From an uncultured bacterium (lineage in GTDB: Bacteria > Actinomycetota > Acidimicrobiia > Spongiisociales > UBA5794), in contig CAWDDT010000005.1 of the NCBI GenBank assembly GCA_963801165.1, positions 288,001-352,000 of the forward strand: a DNA stretch of 64,000 nucleotides, read 5' to 3'. The translations under genes were made by a program, and so were the position numbers. The notes under the pieces were generated by a model. The model made no database searches, was not told the DNA's origin, and worked only from the letters and a program-made list of their open reading frames with translations. Positions 11,301 through 20,300 of this stretch are shown piece by piece (within the stretch, counting starts at the first letter, position 1; every line of letters begins with the position of its first letter).

Positions 11301-14300
11301 GGCGTCGTCGCCTGCGAGGACCGTCTGGGTGTCCGGGGTCTTGGCGACGGTTATCGCCGGGTCGATGACGTCGACGGCGGCGCTGTCGCTGTCGGTCACC
11401 GAACCGCCGGACGGGTCGTCGGCGGTCACATCGGCGACGTTGGTGAAATCAGCGGTGACTGCTGGCACCGTGCAGTCGTACGTCTCGGTGGCGCCGATAG
11501 GCAAGGCGGCGAAGGTAGCGTCGCAGGCCGGAGCCAGCACGTCGGTGACGACGACGTTGGAGAGTTGGGCATCGCCGCTGTTGGTGACGGCGATGGTGAA
11601 GGTCACGTCGGAACCGGTGAGCACGGTCTGGGTGACCGGGGTCTTGGTGATGCTGATCTCGGGGGCGATCACCTCGACGTCGGCCACGTCGGAATCCGTA
11701 ACCGGGGTCGGTGTCGCCGGGTGCTCGGCAACGACGACGGCGACGTTTGTGAGGTCGGCGGTGACGTTGTCGAGGGTGCAGCTGTAGGTGACGCTCTCCC
11801 CTGCCGCCAGTGACGGGTAAGTGGCGTCGCAGTTGGGGGCCTGGGCGTCGGTGACCACGACGTTGTCCAGGGAGACATCGCCGATGTTGGTGACGGTGAT
11901 GCCGAACGTTGCAGTCGTCCCACCGAGGATGGTCTGGGAGGGTGGGTTCTTGGCGATGTCGATCGTCGGGCTGACCACGTCGACATCGGCCGTGTCACCG
12001 TCGTTGACCGGGGCGCCGAGCGGGTCGTCACCGGTGACCAGGGCTGTGTTGGTGAAGTCGTCGGACCCGGCGGTCATCGTGCAGCTGTAGCTGGTGGAGG
12101 CGCCCGCCGCGAGTGCGCCGATGACGTTGTCGCAATCGGAGGCCAGAGCGTCGGAGACGGCAACGTTGGCGAGATCCACATCGCCGTTGTTGGTGACGGT
12201 GATGTCGAAGGTCACCGTGCTTCCGGCGACAGCCTGCTGGAGGTCCGGCGTCTTCTGGATGTCGATGCCGGGGTCGATGACGTCGACGGCGGCTGTGTCG
12301 CTATCGGTCACCGGGTTGGCGAGCGGGTCGTTGCCAGTGACCGTGGCGGTGTTGGTGAAGTCGGTACCGCCCGTGGTCATGGTGCACGAGTACGTCTCGG
12401 AGGCGCCCGTGGCGAGCGAGGCGAAGCTGCCGTTGCAGTTGGGGGCAAGCGGGTCGGAGACGGTCACGTCGGTGATGTCGACATCGCCGGTGTTGGTGAC
12501 GGTGATGTCGAAGGTCGCCGTTTCGCCTGCCACGATTTGCTGGCTGTCGGGGGTCTTGTCGATGGTGATCGCCGGGTTGACGACGGTGACGTCGGCGATG
12601 TCGGAATCGGTCACCGGGTTGCCGAGCGGGTCGTCGGCCGTGACCGTTGCGGTGTTGGTGAAGTCGTTCGTGCCGGCGGTCATCGTGCAGCTGTAGGTGG
12701 TGGAGGCGCCTGCCGCCAGGGTGCCGATCGTGGTGTCGCAGCCCGATGCCAGGGCATCGGTCACCGCAACGTTGCTAAGGCTCACGTCCCCGGTGTTGGT
12801 GACGGTGATGTCGAAAGTGACGGTGCCGCCGGCTGCGACGGTCTGCAGGTCCGGCGTCTTGTCGATCGTGATCGCCGGGCCGATGACATCGACAGCGGCC
12901 GTATCGGAGTCGGCGACCGGGTTGCCCAACGGGTCATCACCGGTAACCGAGGCGGTGTTGGTGAAATCGGCGGTGACTCCGGCGAGTGTGCACGAGTAAT
13001 CGGTGGAGACACCCGCGCCGAGCGTGCCGATGGTGGCGTCGCAGTCGGGCGCCAGAGCATCGGTGACCGTCACATTGTCGAGAGGAACGTCGCCGGTGTT
13101 GGCAACGGTGATGGTGAAGGTCGCATCGTCGCCACCGAGAATGGTCTGGAGGTCCGGGGTCTTGTCGATCGTGATCGCCGGGCCGATGACATCGACGTCG
13201 GCGGTGTCGCTGTCGGTGACCGCGTTGCCGAGCGGGTCGTCACCGGCCACAGAGGCGGTGTTGGTGAAGTCTGTGGAGCCCGCCGTCATGGTGCACGAGT
13301 ACGAGGTCGACGAACCAGCGGCGAGCGAGCCGACGTTGGCATCACAATCGGGCGCCAACACATCCGTCACCGCAACATCAGTCAGGTCGACGTCGCCGGT
13401 ATTCGCAACGGTGATATCGAAGGTCACCGTGTCCCCCGCCAGAGCCTGCTGTGTGTCGGGGGCCTTCTGGATGTCGATGGCCGGGTTGATGATGTCGACG
13501 TCGGCGGTGTCGGTGTCGCTGACCGGGTTGCCGAGCGGGTCGTCACCGGTGACTACGGCAGTATTGGTGAAGTCGACTGCCCCGGCCGTCATCGTGCACG
13601 AGTACGTGGTCGACGCGCCCGCAGCCAGCGGACCGATCGTGGCATCGCAGTTCGGCGCCACGGCGTCGGTAACCGCCACACCGTCGAGATCGACATCGCC
13701 TGCGTTGGTGACGGTGATGTCGAAGGGGACCGTGGCGCCTGCCAGAGCCTGCTGGAGGTTGGGGGTCTTGACAACGGTGATGGCCGGGTTGATCACGTCC
13801 ACGCCCGCGCTGTCGCTGTCGGTGACCGGGTTGCCGAGCGGGTCGTCACCGGTAACCGAGGCGGTGTTGGTGAAGTCTGTGGAGCCCGCCGTCATGGTGC
13901 ACGAGTACGTGGTCGAGGCACCCGCCGCCAGTGCGCCGACGGTTGTGTCGCAGTCCGGAGCGACGACATCGGCCACCGTCACGTCAGTCAGGTCCACGTC
14001 GCCGGTGTTGGTGACGGTGATATCGAACGTCACGGTGTCACCGGAAAGAGCCTGCTGTGTGCCGGGTGTCTTCTGAATGGCGATCGCCGGGTTGATGATG
14101 TCGACGTCGGCCGTGTCGGAGTCGGTCACCGGGTTGCCGAGCGGATCGTCACCTGTCACCACCGCGGTGTTGGTGAAATCGGATGCACCGGCGGTCATCG
14201 TGCAGGAGTAAGTCGCTCCGGCACCAACCACCAGGGTGACAAATGTTGCGTCACAGTCCGGAGCCAGCACGTCGGTCACGGCCACGTCGGTGAGGTTCAC

Positions 14301-17300
14301 ATCGCCTGTATTGGTGACCGTGATATCGAACGTCACCGTGTCACCGTCGTGAGCCTGCTGTGTGTCGGGCGTCTTTGCGACCGTGATCGCCGGGTTGATG
14401 ACGTCGACATCTGCCGTGTCCGTGTCGGTTACCGCGTTGCCCAACGGATCGTCACCGGTGACATCGGCAGTGTTGGTGAAGTCGGCGGTGACACCGGCGA
14501 CGGTGCAGCCGTAGGTCTCGATGGCGCCAACTGCGAGGGTGGCAAATGTCGCATCACAGTCCGGGGCCAGCGCATCGGTCACCGTCACGTCGGTCAGGTC
14601 CACATCGCCAGTGTTGGTGACCGTGATCGTGAACGTTGCATCGCCCCCGGCCACGACCTGTTGCAGGTCGGGGGTCTTCTGAATGGTGATCGCCGGGCCG
14701 ATGACGTCGACATCTGCGGTGTCGCCGTCGGTCACGGGGCTGCCCAGCGGATCGTCACCGGTGACATCGGCAGTGTTGGTGAAGTCGGCGATAACCCCAG
14801 CGACGGTGCAGCCGTAGGCCTCGGCGGCGCCAACTGCGAGGGTGGCGAATGCCGCATCACAGTCCGGGGCCAGCGCATCGGTCACCGTCACATCGGTCAA
14901 ATCCACGTCACCGGTGTTGGTCACCGTGATGGTGAACGTTGCGGTATCGCCGGCGAGGATGGTCTGCAAGTCGGGGGTCTTGTCGATGGTGATACCGGGG
15001 TTGATCACGTCCACAACGGCGGTGTCGGAGTCGGTCACCGGGCTGCCCAGCGGGTCATCGCCGGTCACCGTCACGTTGTTGGTGAAGTCGTCCGCGCCGG
15101 CGGTCATGATGCACGAGTAGCTGCTCGAGCCACCGGCAGCCAGCGAACCGATCGTGGCATCACAGTCCGGCGCAACCGCATCGCTCACGGTCACATTGGT
15201 CAGGTCCACATCGCCGGTGTTCGTCACCGTGATGTCAAACGTCACCGTGTCACCGTCGTGAGCCTGCTGGACATCCGGCGTCTTCTGAATGTCGATCGCC
15301 GGGTTGATCACATCCACATCGGCCGTGTCACTGTCGGTAACCGGGCTACCGAGCGGATCGTCACCGGTCACCGTCGCGGTGTTGGTGAAGTCATCCGCAC
15401 CGGCGATCACCGTGCACGAGTACGAGGTCGAGGCACCCGCAGCCAGCGTCCCAATGGCGGCGTCACAATCGGGAGCCACGGCATCGGTCACGGCAACGTC
15501 GGCCAGATCGACATCACCGGTGTTGGTCACTGTGACATCGAACGTCACCGTGTCGCCGACCAGCGCCTGCTGGACATCCGGCGTCTTCTGAATGTCGATC
15601 GCCGGGTTGATCACATCGACATCGGCCGTGTCGGAATCGGTAACCGGATTACCCAGCGGGTCATCGCCGGTCACCGTCACGTTGTTGGTGAAATCAACCG
15701 CACCGGCCGTCATGATGCACGAGTAGCTGCTCGAGGCACCCGCATCCAGAGCACCGACCGTGGCGTCACAGTCCGGAGCGACCGCATCGGTCACGGCCAC
15801 ATCGGTCAGGTCGACATCACCGGTGTTGGTCACCGTGATATCGAACGTGACAGTGTCACCGGCGTGGGCCTGCTGGGTGTCCGGGGTCTTCTGAATGTCG
15901 ATCGCCGGGTTGATCACGTCGACATCGGCAACATCGCTGTCGGAAACCCGGTTGCCGAGCGGATCGTTACCGGAGACCGAGGCGATGTTGGTGAAGTCGA
16001 GCGCACCGGCGTCCGTCGAGCAGTTGTAGGTGGTCGAGGCCCCGGCCGCCAGCGTGGCGAGCGAGGCATTGCAGGTCGGCGACATCAGGTCGGTGACCGC
16101 CACGTTGCTGAGATCTACGTCACCGGTGTTGGTCACCGTGATGCCGAAGGTCAACGTGCCGCCCGGCAGCGCCTGCTGGGTGTCCGGGGTCTTGGAGATC
16201 GTGATTGCCGGGTTGATCACATCGACATCGGCCGTGTCGCTGTCGGTCACCGGGTTGGCGAGCGGATCGTCACCCGTCACCGCAGCCGTGTTGGCGAAGT
16301 CATCCACACCGGCCGTCATGGTGCACGAATACGAGGTCGAGGCACCCGAAGCCAGCGAGCCGATCGTGGCGTCGCAGCCCGGCGCTACGGCATCGGTCAC
16401 GGCCACATCGGTCAAGTCGACGTCACCGGTGTTGGTCACCGTGATGTCAAACGTCACCGTGTCACCCGCCAGGGTCTGCTGCGTATCCGGAGTCTTGGAG
16501 ATCGCGATCGCCGGGTTGATCACATCGACATCGGCCGTGTCGCTGTCGGCCACCGGGTTGGCGAGCGGATCGTCACCCGTGACCGCAGCCGTGTTGGTGA
16601 AATCGGCGGTGACCCCGACGACCGTGCAGGTGTAGGTCTCGGTCGCACCTGCCGCCAGCGTGGCGAAGGTAGCGCCGCAATCCGGGGCGAGGACATCGCT
16701 GATCGTGACATCGGTCAGTGGCACGTCGCCCGTGTTGGTGACGGTGATCGTGAAGGTTGCATCGTCACCGGCAACGACGGTCTGGGTGTCGGGCGTCTTC
16801 TGAATGTCGAGGCCGGGGTTGATGGCGTCGACATCGGCGGTGTCGGAGTCGGACACCGGGTTGCCGAGCGGATCGTCACCGGCCACCGTTGCGGTGTTGG
16901 TGAAGTCCGTGGTGACTCCGGCGACGCTACAGGTGTATGTCTGAACGGCACCCACGGCCAACGCGGCAAACGTGGCGTCGCAATCCGGGACCAGAGCATC
17001 GGTGACCGACACGTCGGTCAGAGCGACGTCACCGCTGTTTGTCACCGTGATGGTGAAGGTCGCGTCGCCCCCGGCCAGCACCATCTGGTTGTCGGGAGTC
17101 TTTGCGATCGTGATTGCCGGGCCGATGACATCAACGTCGGCAGAGTCGCTGTCGGTGACCGTGTTGCCCACCTCGTCGTCGGCAGTAACGGTTGCGGTGT
17201 TGGTGAAGTCGGCGGTGACGCCAACCAATGTGCACGTGTAGGTGGTGGAGGCTCCGGCGGCGAGCGCCCCGATGGTGTTGTCACAGCCGGGGGCGCCGGG

Positions 17301-20300
17301 GTCGGTGACGACGACGCCGGTGAGGTCTTGCGGCCCCTGGTTGGTGACGGTGATCGTGAAGGCAGCGGTGCCGCCACCGACGACCTGCTGGTTCGCCGGG
17401 CCCTTGGCGATGGTGACCATGCCCGGATACGCATAGCCGAAGTCGACGTCGGCGACGGCGGCGTCGGCGACGGTGATCGCTTGGGGGTTGTTGCCGGTGG
17501 TCGAGGACATCCCGGCGGGCACGGTGGTCTCATCGACTGCAACCGTGTAGTCACCGTTGGGGACCGGCGGGAAGTTGTAGCTCCCGTCCACCGGGGTGGT
17601 GGCTGTGGCGACGACGGTGCCGGTGTCGTCACGTAGCTCGACCGTGATCCCGGCGAGCGGCGGCTCGACAGCATCGATGACAGTGTCGGCGTTCTCGTCG
17701 TTCCAGACGGTGCCGCTGATCGGGTAGGTGGGGAGGATGGCCCCGAAGTCGGCGGTGGCGAACGTGTCACCCGACTGGAGCGGGCTGGTTGCGACCGTTG
17801 TCGGTGTCGTCGGGACGTAGCCGGCGGGGAGGGAGGCCGTATCGACAACGGCGTCGTAGGCGCCCGGCGGCACGACGATGGAGTACGAGCCGTCGGCGGC
17901 AGTAACTGCAGATCCGATCGCGGTCCCGACTCCGTCGAAGACCGCGACGATGACACCACTGATGCCGGGCTCACCCGGATCCTGGACACCGTCGCCGTCG
18001 AGGTCGTTCCACACAAAGTCGCCGATGGTGACCGGAACATAGGCGCCTGCGTCGATGGTCGTGTCGGCGTCGCCGGAGATGACGGTGATCGGTGCCGTCT
18101 GCCCGGTTGCAGGGTCGGCGTCCGAGTCGGTGGCGTCGCTACCGACGTCGGCCGGGGAGAACTCGTAGGCGCCGGGGAGGACGAACTCCGCGACGTAGTT
18201 GCCCGGAGCCAGGGTGACGCTCCACAACCCGTTGCCGGCGGTGGTGTCGGTGGCGACCGGGGTGGCAGGATCGCCTGCGTCATAAACGTTGACGGTGGCT
18301 CCGACGATGCCGGGTTCGCCGGTGTCCTGGATGCCGTCGCCGTTGAGGTCGTCCCAGACCAGGTCGCCGACGGTGACCGGCTGGTAATAGCCGAAGTCGG
18401 CGTCGGTGTTGTCCTCGCCCTCGCCGAGGGTCACCGCATACGGCTCATTGCCGGTGGTGAGTACCGGGTTGCTGAACGGCAAGGTCGCCTCATTGACGTC
18501 GACGGTGTAGTCGCCGGGGGGCAGGTAGGTGAAGCTGTAAGCGCCGCCACCGGTGGTGACTGTGGTGGCCACTACCGCTCCGGTGCCGTCGAGCAGGTTG
18601 ACGGTGACACCGTCGAGACCCGGCTCACCGGGATCCGGGGTGCCGTCGCCGTTGAGGTCGTTCCACACGAAATCGCCGATCGAGGCCCTCTGGATGACAT
18701 CGGTGCTGTGGGTGTCGGTGTCGCTGGTCGGGTCGCCGTCGGTGTCGTCGCCGGTGACGGTAGCGGTGTTGACCAGCGGATCGGGATCTGTGGCCTGGAT
18801 GGTGTAGTCGGCGGTGAACACCCAGGTCTCGCCGGTTTCGAGCAGCCCGTCTCCGTCGTCTCCGCTGACGTAGGAGGCGGCGCCGGCGACATCGTCTGTG
18901 ACGGTGACGTTGGCAACCGGTGATCCGTCCGATGTCGAGTCATGGGACACGGTGAACCCGTAGGTGACGGTGTCTCCCACCAGCGCCGAGACCGGGCCGG
19001 TCTTGTTGATGACAAGCACCGGCAGGTGGTCGATGTCGGTCGAGTGGGTGTCGGTGGCCGCGGGCACGGAGTCGCCATCGAGATCGGTCCCCGTGACGGT
19101 GACGGTGTTGACCAACGGGTCGGCGTCGGTGCCGGCCACCGTGTAGCCAGCCTGGTACACCCAGGTCTCGGCGGCTTCGAGGAGCCCGTCGCCGTCGTCA
19201 CCGCTCACATAGGTGGCGCCGCCGGCGACATCGTCGCTCACCGCACCTACCGACACCGGCGAACCGTCCGAGCCGGGAGCGTGCGACACGGCAAAGGTGT
19301 AGGTCACGGTCTCGCCGATGGTCGCAGTCGCCGGCCCGGTCTTGTCCACCTGAAGGAGCGGAGCCCAATCGACGTCGACCGTCTCGGTGTCTGTGGCTTG
19401 CGGGATAGGGTCGCCGTCCGAGTCGGTGCCGTCGACGGTCACGTCGTTGGTGAGCGGGTCCGGGGTTGCTGCAGTGACGGTCTCGGTGGCGGTGTAGATC
19501 CAGGTCTCGTCGCTATCGAGGAGACCGTCGCCGTTGGTGTCGCCCGTCGGGCCGCTCAGCGTCAACCCGCGGGAGTCGACGACGGTGACCCCGGCGACCG
19601 GGGACATATCAGACGTCAGGGCATGGGCGACCGTGTACGTGTAGGTGACAGTGTCGCCGACCCCGGCCGGGGCAGGACCACCGACTTTGGTGACGGTGAG
19701 GGCAGGACGGAAGTCGACATCGACGCTGTGGCTGCCGGTGGCGTCGGTGATCGGGTCGCCGTTGCCGTCGGTGCCGGTGACGGTGGCCACGTTCACCAGC
19801 GGATCGGCGGTATCGAGCGGGACCGTGTAGTCGATCGTGTAGACCCAGGTCTCGCTGCCGTCGAGCAACCCGTCGCCGTCGGTGTCACCACTGAGTGTGG
19901 CCCCGGAGAGATCGACCACGTCGTCGCTGATCACCACGTCCACCGGGGAGCCGTCCGAGGCCGCGGTGTGGGTGACCGTGTATGTATAGGTGACGGTCTC
20001 GCCGACCGCAACCGGTCCGGCAGGGCCGTCCTTGACAACCTGGAGCTCTGGCTGGAAGTCGATCGGGTCGGTGACGTAGCCCGTGGTCGCGGGCAGGGTG
20101 TCGCTGAAGACCGTGGCCTCGTTCAGGATGTCCGTGACCGAGCCGTCGAATGTGTCGTCGACCTTGACCTGATAGGTGATCGTCATCGACTCGCCGACCG
20201 GGAGGTCGAAGCCGTCGGCGGCATCCACCAACACCGGCGGGACACCGTTGACGAGATCGGATTCGGCGCCGCCGGGGATGTTGTCCTCGACCAATGGGCT

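Noticed and set aside
7115-17420. Diversity-generating retroelement or shufflon within the repeats
   Set aside because: No reverse transcriptase or recombinase is present, and variation is not visibly adenine-specific.
12537-17636. 1699-aa + strand ORF and other long antisense ORFs (6039, 9900, 18942) inside the giant gene
   Set aside because: Shadow frames of a GC-rich repetitive gene. They are Gly/Arg/His/Val-rich and show no domain features.
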